Below are positions 45,691 through 60,600 of a stretch of DNA of 64,000 nt, piece after piece. The stretch comes from Octopus vulgaris (lineage: Eukaryota): the NCBI GenBank assembly GCA_951406725.2, contig OX597814.1, positions 104,222,001-104,286,000 on the forward strand, written 5' to 3'. A program made the translations under genes and the position numbers. The number at the start of each line of letters is the position of its first letter. The stretch's first letter is position 1. A model generated the notes under the pieces. The model saw only the letters and a program-made list of their open reading frames with translations, made no database searches and had not been told where the DNA came from.

Positions 45691-48600
45691 TAGGTGCAGA
45701 TGTGGTTGTGTTGTAAGAAGCTTACTTCCCAACCACATAGTTCAGTCCCACAGTGTGGGATCATGGGGCTGCTATAGTCTTGGGCTAACCAAAGCCTTGT
45801 GAGTGGATTTGCTAGACAAAAACTGAAAGAAACTCGTAGTGTATGTATATATATATATATAAACACACAAACACATATATATACATATGTATGTATGCTG
45901 AACTACCAAATCGGATTACTTGCTTCTTTCACTTCATCTTCTGCTTGATCTGGGGCCAATGACTGTGCCATTGCTAAAGACATTTTCTCCTGTAGAAAAG
46001 CCACTCCAGCAAAGAGGAATCATTTAGGGCCACACAACAATTCACTTTAGTTTAAACTTATTTCATGAAGTGAGAAAATCTTTGTTGCAAAACTGTGACA
46101 GTTTAGAAGAATGAAGAAAACCAAACTATTCTTACCTGTTCTTTGTTACATCGTTTCAGGATTGTCTCTACAGCTGTTGAAGGATCATCAATTCCAGAAA
46201 CCTAATAATTACCATCCAAAATAAAACAAAAGTTTCATGAATCCATTAGTTTTTCTGTCAACTGGATAACTTTCAATAATTCCTTCAACATATTATTGAA
46301 ATTCTGTTCAGTTTGTTTCTCTTTTATTGAATGTCAAAACTAATCCGAAACTATCATCATTGTCATTTAATGTCCATTACCCACCCTGGCAAAGGTAGGG
46401 CAGTTTGATATAAGTTGGCCAGCCAGAGAGCTGCACCAGGCTCTGATTGTCTGTTATGGCAAAATTTCTACAGCTGGGTGCCCTTTCTAATGCCAACCAT
46501 TTTCCAGAGTGTACTGGATGCCTTCTATGTGGCACCACCCCCAACAGGATCACCTTGCAAGGCAAGGAACCCTGCCACCTTTGACTGGCAGGAGGGGGAA
46601 GCAGAATTGAGTGGGTGTGGCTTTGTGCCTTTTGAGAGATTTAAGTTGTACAGGGGACAAATATAGGTGTTTTGCTATACAAATGGGAAATCAAAATGGT
46701 TGGGTTCTTGAATAGGGAAATATCACACAATATTCATCATGAAATTATTTTGTTAAAATTCTTCATTTCTGGAACACACATAGATCTAAGGACTTGGATT
46801 AACAGATAAGCCTTCTTAAACTCACAAAGGTTCAAGATTTTGTTCAACTAACGACATCAATCAATTGAAATAACACCAATGACGACTAAAGTGTGTGTGT
46901 TTGTATGTGGTTGAGAGGCAAGCATTGTACCTGCAACAACGGTAAACACAAAATATGGAAAAAAAGAAAAATAATGAAAGACAGTTTGGAGCTGATTAAA
47001 AGATCAACAAACCTTGACACAGTTTTTCAGGATAAGAGAAGTGCCCGAGGGATTATCGGACATGACAACACCAGGACTATCCAAGAGTTTGATATTCTTT
47101 GTTAGGCTTATTACTTGCATTGATCTGTGGGGGGAAAAAAAAACAAAGAAATAATTCAAACACAGAGCAAGAATTGCAGGATTCAGTAAAGCTACAATTA
47201 TAGACAAACTATGAAAGAAAGGTCAAAGTTAATATCAACAGAGACGAAATGAAGGGCAAGGCTAATCTACCATCAACTATTGTAGACTGCGACAGGATCC
47301 AGTGACCCCCAACGACCACATCCTGCTCCATCGTCAGTCATGGCATGGTTTCTACAGCTGGATGCATTTCCTAATGTCAGCCAAAAGCATGTAGCTAAGT
47401 GGTTAGGGTGTTTGACTTACAATTGTGAGGTCATGGATTCAATACCTGGTAAGGGATTGTGTCTTTGGGCAAGACACTGTTTCACGGTGCTCCAGTCCAC
47501 TAAGCTGGTAAAAATCAATTGTACTTGTAATTCATGGGGGGACAACATTGTCATATTCTGTGTCACTCCAAATCTCCTCGTGAACTACATTAAGGGGTAT
47601 ATGTGTCTGTGGAGTGCTCAGCCACTTGTACGTTAATTCCACAAGTAGGATGTTTGGTTAATCGGATCAACGGGGATGCTTGTCATTGTAACTGACAGAG
47701 AACCAAATTAAAGTCAGCCACTGTACAGCATGTATTGAGTGCATTTTGTGTGCAGCCAGCATAAGTGAGGTTGCCAGGCAGTTTGCTAGACTACAAACTT
47801 CAAGAGAGGAGGCCTGATGCTAGGAGATGAATGAGAGAAGGGGCCCAGAACAAAACAGGGTTTTTCTGTTGTAGAAAAGCTACATGGTTACTCTTATTTT
47901 GGAAGAAAGGGTCAGAGTGATTGAGCAGAGGTGAAAAGAGATAAAAAAATATGGTGGAGATGAGGTGTTTGGGTGGACCCTCAAGCTACACAGTGGGTGG
48001 GGGGAAGAAGGACTGGGTTTATTAATTTATTACCAACAGTAACTGTGGAGTGGAAGCAGTAGATCAGAGTGAATTTAGAACAATTGAAAAAGTAAATAAG
48101 ATAAAACAAAAACTACTGACCCATCAGGTCCCACTTAGAAACTGAAGCCATTGGAAACATATGGGTCCCTGTGCCAATATGCCATACAATGGGACATAAC
48201 TGAAGCTGCTGACAAGATTATCTTCTTTGACCCTTAAGAATTCAGATTACTCTGTAAGGCTCACTTAGTTACATTGCTTTCTTTTAGACTGACATAGTAG
48301 GGTAAGTTGGAGAGGTTGGATCTGGCCAAGTTGAACATAGAACAGGTAGAATGTTTGAGCCAGTTTAAATGCAAAAGGGTTGCGTAATGTTCATCCAACA
48401 AATCTCATAACTCTATCAACTTTAGACAGACAAACAACAGAACTCCAATTCTTAGAGAATCAAATGATTAACTGCCACACAAAGGCAGAAGATCCTACAG
48501 CTCCAACAATAAACATTCCATGACAAATGCTAACAAAAACCAAAACAGGTTCCTTACCTTGTAATTCCAGGGACGTCACCAACTCTGCATGCCCGATTTC

Positions 48601-51600
48601 GTTTAAGGCTGTTAATAATACTGCTTTTGCCAGTGTTGGGTAGACCTGGGTACAATGGAAACGGAAACAGTTTGTGGAAGAGATTTTGCAAAATAAAACA
48701 GCAATTCTGAGATATAAAGACACTCTTTTATTGAAAATACAAGAATTTATGACAAATATTGTATAAAAACAGGGAATTTCTTTCAGTTAAAGATTTTTAT
48801 GAAACCAGAAAATGTGTATAATACAAAGGCTTTTATAAGTTTAATCATTATCATCATCATTTAACGCCCATTGTCCACGCTGGCATGGGTTGGACAGTTT
48901 GACCAGAGCTGGCAAGGGTGGAAGGCTGCACCAGACTCCAGTTTAATTTGGCATAGTTTCTACAGCTGGATGTCCTTCCCAATGCCAACCACTCTGAGAG
49001 TGTAATTGATGTTCTTAAGTGCCACCAGTATCTGCTACAACCGTTATTTTACTTGACTCAATGGGTCTTCTTCTCAAGCACGACATAATGCCAAAGGTCT
49101 CGGTCATTTGTCATTGCTTCTGTGAGGCCTAACATTTGAAAGGAGCTTCTCATGTTCTACCAGCATCGGTCACTTTGACCCCGTGAGGCCCAATGCTTGA
49201 AAGGTACTTTTTACGTGCCACCAGCATTGGTCACAACTATGATTTCACTTGGCCTGATGGGTCTTCTCAAGCACCGCATATTGCCAAATCAATGTGTATA
49301 CATACAACTATGATATGTATATCTTGGACTACATTGTTTGATGTGTTGTTTTCTCAAAGTATGATTTGAAGTAGACTTGGCTGATATGTCAAGCAAGCCA
49401 GCTGACCACATAGAGGTTCACTTGAAGATAAATCAATAATTTCTGTTTGGTTGCTTCAACAGGAGCTGGCAAGCCAGACAGCTGCACCAAGTGCCATTTG
49501 TCTATCGTTTTGGCTAGGTTTCCACAGCTGGATGTCCTTCCTAATGCCAACCACTTTGCAGTGTGTACTGGGTGCTTTTCATGAGGCACCAGCACAGTTA
49601 TGATGATGATTACCGAGATCTTAGATGCAATTAATAAATTACTCACCTACAACACCAACCCTGATGGCTACTTTTAGGCCTTCACTGCGGCAATAATTAG
49701 CAAGCAGCTTCATCAAGAGATCAGCTCCAAGACAATTGGATGTCTTCTTCTGCAATCCTTTCCACATGGAATATTTCTTTACATGGCCCTACATAGAAAA
49801 CAAAACTCATATACCAACCAAAGCTGTCTTCAATTTTGGTTTCAGGACACAAAACATGATCTCCTCCTCCTCCTCTTTTACTTGACCACAAAATCAGAAT
49901 CCCAAAAATTCCTTCAATCAAAGCCAGGAATTTCCAGAATCATAAGAAATTGAAATTTGGTCCAAAGCAAGCTTTTATCTTTTACTTGTTTCAGTCTTTA
50001 GATTGTGGCCATGCTGGGGCACTGCCTCAGGGAATCTTCGTTGAATGAATCGACTCCAGTGCTTTTAATTCTTTTTAAGCCTGACACTTCCTCCATCAGT
50101 CTCTTTTGCTGAGCTGCTAGGTTACGGGGACATAAACGCACCAACACCAGCTGTCAAGCAGCGGTGGTGGACAAACACAAAGACGTATATATATGACAGG
50201 CTTTTTTTAGTTTCCATCTACCAAATCCACCCACAAGGCTTTATTGTAGAAGACATTCACCGAAAGTGCCATGCAGTGGGTTTGAACCAAAAACAATGTG
50301 GTTGAGAAGCAAAAACATCTTATCATACAGCCACACCTGTGTCTATAAAGTTTAGTAACTGGAAGAAAATTGATGACAAAAGTCAAATGTTTAATTCTAT
50401 TCAAGAATAGTCTTGTGTTGCTACCGGCCACATGGTTTTGGGTTCAGTCCCACAACACGGCACCTTGAGCAAATGTCTTCTACTAGAGTGTTTGGTCAAC
50501 CAAAGCCTAATGAGTAGACTTGGTAGATGGAAACTAAAAGAAGCCCCTTGTATAAATCTATAAATCTGTGTGTGTGTGTTTGTTTTGGGATGTGATAACT
50601 ATAAATGAGCTTCACTGCCATACGAGCGATGTGGTTTGATTCCAAGATATCTGACCATAAGAGTAAAATTACCTTGCTTTGAAAAAGGTGAGGGTTAGTG
50701 GCAGAAAAAGCATCCAGCCATAGTAAATCTGCAGGTGTGGCTGTGTGGTAAGAAGTTTGCTTCCCAACCATAAAGGTCCTGGGCACCTTGGGCAAGTAAT
50801 TTCTACCTAGGACTGACCAAAGCCTTTCAGTCAATTTGGTAGATGAAACTAAAAGAAACCTATCATAAATATGCGTGTGTATTTGTGTCTTGTGTATACC
50901 ACCCCCCACTGCTTAACAACCAGTATTGGTGCGTTTATGTCCCTGTAACTTAGCGGTTTGGCTAAAGAGACCAATACAATAAGTACAAGGCTTAAAAAAA
51001 AAAAGAATTGGAGCCAACTTATTCAACTAAAATCCTTCAAGGCGGTGCTCCAGAATGGCTGTGATTTAATGTCTGAAACAAGCAAAAGATATTTCCCAAA
51101 GCAATAGGTGGTAAGATTTAGTTGTTATAGTCTTTATAGGACAGTTATAGCTAATATCAAAAATTTCATCAACTAATGACACGGGGTCCCATGTGTGTAG
51201 GACAAGGTCAAGGACATGGGTTGTTATCGGTGAACAGATGCAACCATTTATACTTAGTGAATATGTTACAGGTGAATGTCATTTCACCAAATAGTTACAA
51301 AAGTCAACTTTGTTATGTAAACATTTTGTTCACAAATCCTAAATCAGTTGTGATGTGTTCTATTTCCGACAGAAATCAGTTTAATTTCTGGAGCTGTTGT
51401 TTCTAAGTGAAAGACTTTGAAAGCTGCAAAGTGTGTGGTGAAATGATTTAGGAGTCTTTGGACTAAGCCTCTGTCACTAATTAGATCCTAAGATTAGAAA
51501 GCAGAGTCAAAGTAAATAAAAAAAAAAAAAGACAAAGAAGCTAAACGTGTCCAGTGCTGAAGGCAACGCACAGCTGTAAGACATATTATTAACAATGTCT

Positions 51601-54600
51601 AGGCTTAACTTAAAATTGACCTCAACAATAACTGCCAGGTCCATTTGTATCCTTTGCAAGGACAATGAATTCAAATGAGGAACAAGTGGTGCCTTGTAAG
51701 AAAGATTCAGAACAAAGAAAAAAAGACATTTCTCACCAGAGAACTTCAAAGCACAGTAAGCAGATCAAAAACCAAATGAGCTAAAGTCACCTAAATTAGA
51801 CCATCTTTGAAATAGTTTAAAAAGTTATTTGTATTTTAATATCATCAACGTAAATGTTTAACCCTGCTGTTACCAACCTGGCTGAAACCGGTTCTGGCTC
51901 TGAGTACAAATATCTTTTTTTCATAAGTTTTGAATAAAAATCTTCCACCAAACCTTAGTCACAATTTGTGTTGCTAACACTAGCTGAATAATAACTAAGT
52001 TATTTTAAAACTACATTCTTTGCTATATTTTAAAGTAATTGAAAGAAAAACAGAGCATCTCAACAAAAATATGGTAACGAAAGGGTTAAGGCATGCAATC
52101 CTAGTATTTGTTAGTTCACAGACAAAAAGCTCCATATTAGGACATAGCTGTCAAAAAAGAGAAAAAAAAAAAAGAAAAAAACAAAACAGATAAATGACAT
52201 GTTTCTTAATATTTTCTCTAAAATAAAGCATGATGAACCAAGTAAATGAAACATTCTGTAGAAACTGAAAAATCAAGAAAAAGAGGATTAAGATCCTCTT
52301 GATGAAAAAGATAAAACCAAGAGTAATGAGGTTGCTTATTAATTATTTTCAAAAAGAAATCAAGGAAAGGCGCTTACCAACTTTGATTTTTGTTTCTGTA
52401 CAGAAGATTTGAAGGGAACAGTAGGGAATTCATTTTTCAGATATTTTAACCAAGCTTCGATATTTACACGTGGAACAAGATCTACAAGTAAAAGATTCAC
52501 ACCAATTCCAGTTTAAACATGACTATTTCGATACCAGCAGAGTTTCTACAAAATTCTATTGAACTCCACATAAAGTGATCACTGCAGCTAAGATTGGTGA
52601 GACATCATAAATGGTAGTACGGATGGTGAAGTTGACAGGGCAAACAGGCCTTATACTTGAGTCAAATAGCCCAGGCAACCCAGCGAAAAATATAATCAGC
52701 TTTGCCACTGTTAGCAAGAGTAATAAATGTAAAATATTTTGTTAATATGTAGGGCTGAGTTCGAATCTTGTTGAATCAGGGGACACCACAAAAATACTTA
52801 TAAGTCCCTCAACCATTATCGTTGATCCTTAAATCTGGGTTACAGTGCCTGGTCAAAGTGGAACTGATCATTCCATATTAAATTTATCAGGTACAACAGC
52901 TAGAGGATATTTGTTTCGTGATTATCTTAATGATAAAAGGGTGTTGGGGTTGTGTGATGCCAAACCAACAAAGATTCTTGTAGTGAAGAGAACAGGTGAT
53001 GTAGTGATCCCTGACATAGGAGGGTATCATTATGTCTAATTGACCAGTACTCCTTAAATTCAAATATTGCTACAGCAGTATCCAAAAACTTTCTTATGCG
53101 TGGTAGAATGAGTTTCCCTGTTTGTTTAGCACAATACAAAAAGTTCTTTTGACCAACAGAACTATTAAATTTTCCTCTTTGGACACAACAAAAAGACAAA
53201 TAATTTCACTTGTTCGATGCAAAACCAGCCGAGACCATCTCTGGTTGAAAACTCATCATCATAGCTTAATGTCCATGTTCCACAAAATCGTGGGTTGGAG
53301 AGTTTGACAGGATCTGACAAGCCAGTGAAGCTACTGAGGAAGGCGACTTTATGCCAGGAGTTGAAAGGCTTAAAGTGTGACAATGAGACAGGAACAGGTG
53401 TCTTATTGTAGAGGATTCATATAGCCACTTCAGTTGGAAATAGAGGAAAGAGATGGTGGCGATAGGGTGACAGGGTGAATACTCAAAGTACAAATAGGTT
53501 ATTTAAATTAACCCCTTCCATCATAATTATATTTAAGCATCTTGCAGTTATAATCCAAACATTAGCTTAAGTTATTTAACTATTCCTTCAAATTGTTATT
53601 TTCCTAAATTAATTGAAACACATAGGAAGTGTTTGTCATTAGAAATATGATGAGCAATGAAGCAGCCCCACTTACCAATTTTGTTAAGAACTAAAACAAT
53701 CTTTTTGTTGAGACCAGAACTGATGACGGCTTCTTCAACTTCTTTACAGCGTGTACCAAGGGGATCACGAGCATCTAAAACTTCCAGAATTACATCAGCC
53801 TGGTCAATCACCTTTTTAAAAAGAAATTTTAAAATGAAACAAAGTTTCAGAAAAATATTTATTATGAAAATAAATTAAGCAAACATAATTATTCAGTGAA
53901 ATTCCACATGATAACCTGTTTGTGTTTTGAGAATGTCACATCATAATTTAGAAATAGAACAGTAAATAGTTTTAAAATATCTTCTAACGGTGCTGGTGCC
54001 ACATAAAAAGCACCCAGTACAACCTGTAAAGTGGTTGGCATTAGGAAGAGCATCCAACTGTAGAAACCATGCCAAAATAGTCTGTGGTACCTGTCAAACT
54101 GTCCAACTGATGCCAGCATGGAAAATGGACATTAAATAATGACGAAAAGCAACATATTTCAAAATAGATACACCATCGAAAGGGTTAGGTAGGTTTAAAT
54201 CTAAAAACTATCCATTCTTTATATTAATGTTGAGTTTGTTTAATGCAACAGGTCTGAATACTTTCTAGTGTTCAACTTCACAGACGTATCACTCTGATAA
54301 TAGCCAACAGAAAGGAGCAGACATTAAAAAGAAACTACCTACATATTGTATATGGAACTGGTACTTCCACTACACCCACACTTTTATCACTCAGCCTCCT
54401 ACCATCATACCCCACCTTCTCATTTTATTTCTCTTTTACCACCCCTTCCTTCTCAATCATCCCAGTTCTTCTCTATCATCTTCTTACTCCAACCACCCTC
54501 TTTATATTAAAAGAGCAACTGAATGGAGGCAAAAAGTAGGAGTGAAATGAGATGATTTGCTGTGGCTGACTGGACATTCAGCCGGTTTGGGAGACAGCAG

Positions 54601-57600
54601 TATGCTTTGGAACGGGAGGCAAATACACATGTGCATGCACATGCTAAAACATACATAAATATATATATATATTTCCCATCTATATTCTGATCCTTGTCCC
54701 TAGTGAGTTTGTCTGGCACTTTGTCACCTTTTCAATCCTGCTGTCTCCCACTCTCCTTCTTCTGCACTTACCTCAGGTTGGGTAACCATGTATCTCTTTT
54801 GCAGCAGTACACCTCTCTGTCTTCATTCCTGTTTCCTCTCTCTCTCTCTCCCCATTCTTCCGGCCAGGTAACCATGTACCTCCTCTACAACGAGACACCT
54901 GTTTCTGTCTCACTCTAACCTTTCATCATTTAATACAAGATCACCTCCTCCTCCTCCTCCAACGCCCCCTCCCCTCTCAAAAGATTCTTTGTCATGCAGG
55001 GGTTACTTGGTGACCCTTTCAGTGCAGGTGCCACTTAAAAAGCACCCAGTCCACACTGTAAAGTGGTTGACGCAGGGCACCTAGCTGTAAAACCGTGTCA
55101 AAGCTGACCTTGTCTGTGCTTGTGCCACATAAAAAGCACTCAGGCCACTCTGAGTGGTTGGTGTTAGGAAGGGCATCCAGCTGTAAAAATCCTGGCAAAA
55201 CAGTCATGGAAGCCTGGTGCAGGAGTGGTTGTGTAGTAGTAAGTTTGTTTACCAACTACATGACTCTGGGTTCAGTCCCACTGCATGGCACATTTGGCAA
55301 ATGTCTTCTACTATAGCCATGGGCTGACCAAATCCTTGTGAGTGGATTTGGTAGATGGGAACTGAAAGAAGTATATGTGTGTGTGTGCCTGTCCCCTACC
55401 CCGCTGCTTGACAACCAGTGTGTTTATGCCCCTGTAACTTAGTGGTTCAGCAAAAGAGAATGACAGAATAAGTACCAGACTTAAAAAATAAATACAGGGC
55501 GTTATTTGTCTCACTAAACGCTACAGGGTAGTGACCCCAGCATGGCCGCAATCTAATGACAGAAATAAATAAAGGAATAAAAGAATAAGAGAGGGAGAGA
55601 TTAAGATGTCTGATGTCAAGTAAGTCAGCATCTAATCAGTGATGCTAAAACTGTTTCACAACTGAAGTGGGATCAGAGGACAGAGTTTCTGGGGGACATG
55701 ACATCTCTGAACCACAACAGAACGTACTCAATGCATTTGCTCTCATGAAATGGTTGGTAATAAGAGAGGCATTGAAGCAGGGGAAACCATGCTAAAAATG
55801 GAAGATAGCACAAGAGACAAGGTCCCCACGAGCCCTGAAGGAAGGCAGCAATGCAGACTAAAAACTGACTTGTGCAGCCAAGGCTATCTCTTAGCTTTTA
55901 CTTGTTTCAGTCATTAGACTGCAGCCATGCTGGTGCAATATCTTGAAGAATTTTAAGAGGAACGAGTCAACCCAAGCACTCTCTTTTTAAGCCTGGTACT
56001 TATTCTATTGGCCTCTTTTGCCAAACTGCTTAGTTATGGGAATGTAAACAAACCAACACACAAATAATTACAGATATAAATATACACAACAGAGGTTCTT
56101 TCAGTTTCCGTCAAGGCTTTGGTTAGTACGAGGCTATAGAAGACACTTCCCTAAGGTGCTATGCAGTGGGATTGAACCCAGGACAATGTGGTTGGGAAGC
56201 AGGTTTCTTACCACTCAGCCAGACCTGCAAAGTGAATGTAAAATGATGAAGAGGCTGTTATGTAATGTTATGATGAGCTTAGAATTGAAGTATTCAGGGA
56301 GGGACTAGTTCCCAGCAGTAAAGGAAGCTCTGGAAACCATTAATGAAAAGCTTTTCTCTTAATAGTCAGAGCCTTTCCTCTCTTTCTTCTCCTTCCCCAT
56401 TCTGTTTCTGTCTGGCAAGTTCCATGGCAACCTCACAAGTGCTGGTGCCATGTAAAAAGAACTCAGTACACCTCTATAAAAAGATAGTGGTGGTGGTGGT
56501 TGGTATGAAAAAGCAGCCAGTCCATATTGTATAGAAGTTGGCATTAGGAAGGGCATCAAGCTGTAGAAACCATGCCAAAGCTGACATTTTAGCTTGAAAC
56601 AGCCCTACTGCTTGCCAGTTCCCCAGTCAAACCATCAAATCCATACCAGCATGGAAGGTGGATGTTAAATGATGACGACCACATGATGATTAAAGACTTA
56701 CCTTCTTGAATTCTTTATAGTAACATTTCAAAGAATTCTCAACAGTTGTTTTTGGTTCTTTATATTCACGCTCTTTTAAAATTCTGTAGACTTCAGACAG
56801 ACCTTGTGGCTGAAAATAGTAAAGAAGACGTATGCAGTGCTAAGGAATTCACAAACAACAAGAAATCTTCAGTCAAACCTGGCAAGTTACAATACAGCAG
56901 GAATCGCTTTGGCTTCATATGTGTCTGTTAATCAGGGAGGAACTTCTGGAAGCACCAAGTCTTGCAGAAAGCAATTCCTGTTTGAAATGCAATGTCACAA
57001 GTAGATTCTTACAACAAACAATTCCATGAACAGGACCCTACAAGATTACATAATCAATAGTAGTAGTAGTAAGGGGGGGGAATGTGCTGTAACAACGCAT
57101 CGATGCATCCGCCATCTGTTGGTGATTCCCTGCAACTTGAGGATTGATGATGCCTCAGCACCACTCAGGCGACAACCCTCCAAGCCATGGGCCTGATTTT
57201 GTGTAGACATTGTAGTTAAGACACCCATGCTGGTGACACGTAAAAAGCACCGTCTGTCGTGGCAGATACCAGCGCCACCTAAATGGCGTCCATGTCGGTG
57301 ACACGTAAAAGCACCAACCGATCGCGGCCGCTTGCCAGCCCCCACTGGCACCTGTGCCGGTGGCATGTAAAAAGCACCCACTACACTCAGAGTGGTTGGC
57401 ATTAGGAAGGGCATCCAGCTGTAGAAACACTGCCAGATCAGACTGGAGCCTGGTACAGCCTCCTGGCTTCCCAGACCCCAGTCGAACCGTCCAACCCATG
57501 CTAGCATGGAAAGCAGACGTTAAATGATGATGATGATGACATACAAGGACGGTTTTATAAAGAAGTTAGGAAAGAAAACGAATTGCATTTGTGTAATTCT

Positions 57601-60600
57601 CAACTTGACTTTTATTTCATTTAATGAAAGAAACGAATAGTCTAACCAGACATAAAATTTACGTAAATATTCAACTCACTCTGTAAACTTCTTCTTGTGG
57701 ATCCGGCTTGACTTTGGCAGAAATTTCTGGAATTTTTCTTGCTTTATTTACAAGTTCTTCTCGTTCTGCCTGTCTTTTCTCTTCTTTGGCAACTCGCATC
57801 TGGTAAATAGTCACAACAAATGGTCAAATAATGCTGACAACTTCTTCGCAAAGAATATACGTCATCACATCAAATCACAACATCTCCATGAGAGAACCAC
57901 AGAGTGGTCACTTGATTTGCTGGAAAGAGCAACCAAATCTCTTTCAAATCACACCCTAACATCTTGAAAAATGAAGCACACGTAAGTTAATGTAGTCCTA
58001 GATATACAGAAAGGTGGGACAGTCATTGTTTGGGCACAACTGATTGTAGGTTTCCTTGGTCAGTAAAGGTCAGGAAGCTAAACACTGCGATTCATGTGGC
58101 TTGAATAATCTGTCCATCAGATGCGACCCAGAGTTAAATAACAATATTTGCAACATGTAGCAGAGATCTTGATTGCAAAAACAGAAATTCTTGAAAATTC
58201 CAAAAAACGAACTGTTGTAACATTTTCCTTGTTTTTAATGTCCACTTTTTCAGGTTAGCATGGGTCAGACAGATTTTCCGTGGCCAGATACCCTTCCTGT
58301 CACTAACCCTCACCAGTCTTCCAAGTAAGGGTCAATATTTTGCCCATGCATGCTGGACACGTCCTTAGAGAAAACTGGGAACAAAATACACCACTTGTAT
58401 GGTGGTGACACTTATTTACAACAATCATGTGACATCAAGATCGGAAATATAAACCCACAAACATGCATACATATAACTATGATGAGCTAGCTTCTTTCAG
58501 TTTCCGTTTACCAAAAAAGCTTTGGTTGACCTGGGGCTATAACAGAAGACACTTGTTCCAAGGTGCCCTGCAGTGGGACTGAACCTGAAATCACATGGTT
58601 AGCAAACAAGCTTCTTAACCACACAGCCATATTATTTATAAATTTATGGTAAGAAGCTTACTTCCCAAACACATGGTTCTGGGTTCAGTCCCACTGCGTG
58701 GCACCTTGGGTAGCTTCGGACCAACCAAAGCCTTGAAGGTGGATTTGGTAAATGAAAACTGTAAGAAGCCCATCACATATATATATATATTTGTGTGTCT
58801 GTGTTTGCCCCCCTCCCCACATTACTTGACAACCGATGTTGGTGTGTTTATGTCCCCAAAACATAGAGGTTCGGCAAAAGAGACCGATAGAATAAGTACT
58901 ACGCTTACAATGAATAAGCCCTGGGGTCGATTTGTTTAACTGAAGGCGGTGCTCCAGCATGGCTGCAGTCAAGTGACTGAAACAAGTAAAAGAACATATG
59001 TATGCCTGTGTATTCTGCATGCTTTTAGAAGGATAACCAATAAGGAGTTCCTGCATTCTAGAAAGTCTTCAACGGTCCAGCTTCACAATATTATTGCAGC
59101 TTAATGCTCCATAATAAATCAGATTTCTGTCAAACCAACAACTGAGTCTTTACGTGGTTGCTTGATTTACTAGAAATAGCAGCTAAATCTTGCATAAATC
59201 ATATCCTACCAGTTCTAAATATATAATACTTGAAAAGGAGATGACCCAAAGTGGAATGTCGGTTGTAAAGTTAAACAAACAATATGTTAGACTTGCATCA
59301 AGTATTTGTGGATTTTTTCCTACTGTTGTAAAACAACAACTCCAGTATTTGTCATGACTTTGGGCAGATGAAAATAATGGTTTTTGAGGGAAGAGGTAGA
59401 GCTGGATTAGATTTACCATGGTGTAATTTGAACTCACACCCTTAAGGGGTATAATAGTTTATTCTGTGAATAGTTTTAACACACCACCCTTTAAGGGCAC
59501 AATGAAGTCATCATTTTTTTTAAAGGACATGTAAAGATTTCATTTCTAACATAGTCAGAGGGCCACAAATTTAGGGAAAGAGTAAAGATTTTAATTTCGT
59601 TTTATGGACCCTGAAAAGATAAACAGTAAAGTAAAGCTCAACAAGACTTGAACCGAGACCAACTGGAATAAATAGTGCAAGGCACTTTCTTTGACACTCT
59701 AACCATTCAGCCAAGCTTATAAAATGATATATGAAATATTGGTGTTAAAGAAGTAAATATTTGTAATAAATGAAAAGACTTATGACCTTTTGAATGCAAG
59801 CTGTCAGCTGTGATGGCTAAAACAAGGTCAAGAACATAGAGTCAAATACAAACAAGGCAAGGATAAAGAGAATTCAATTCTGTAGGAAACAAAACAATGG
59901 AACCAGTTTTGGTAACATTAGTTTCCAATTGATTATGGTTGTCTCTTGTAATTTCTTTCTATAAGAATGGTTAGTTGTTGCTAAGCAATTTTATGGACAT
60001 GTGTCTTTAAAATCTGAGACTGATGCACTATTAAAAGAGTCAGCTTTGGACAAAATTACAATTGTGAGTGTAGATTACTGACAAAATTAATCAAATGTAC
60101 CTGTTCCCTCCATTCCACAGCTTGTTTCAGAACTGCTTCTTTGAAAGGCAGACTGTTTGGAATTCCTATATCTTTCTTTTTCTCTGAAATATAAGAGAAA
60201 TATACATTTTGACAATTTTAACAATATGGGGCCAGGTTATCATCATCATCATTTAACGTCCACCTTCCATGCTGACATGGGTAGGATGGTTGACAGGAGC
60301 CAGCCAGGTAGAAGACCACACCAGGCTCCTGTGTCTGTTTTGTTTATATAATTTCCCAGTAAGACCCACCTAAAATGCCAATGCCTGGAACCTTCTTCTT
60401 AGACCCTCTTAACTATTTCTCTTTTAATTTCATTACATTTTCCAAAAAGTGTTGTTGTTGTTTGCAGCTAAGAATTGGAACTAAGCACTCTTCTGTGTTT
60501 AGCCTCATTCTAGAGAGAAATTTCTCTTTTGCACAAAGTCTATTTACTGTTCGTGTTTTATCGCCAGATCTTTTCTTCCTTCGATTTTCAACTTTAATAG

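Noticed and set aside
45950-46030. SECIS element (ATGA at the base of a hairpin)
   Set aside because: Intronic, no opposing GA quartet, and no in-frame UGA in the gene.
46685-46746. Sense-strand ATGATGA in a GNL3 intron
   Set aside because: No CTGA box D at a suitable distance and no closing stem.
52230-52268. ATGATGA...CTGA C/D-like pair
   Set aside because: Antisense to the host gene, too short and without a terminal stem.
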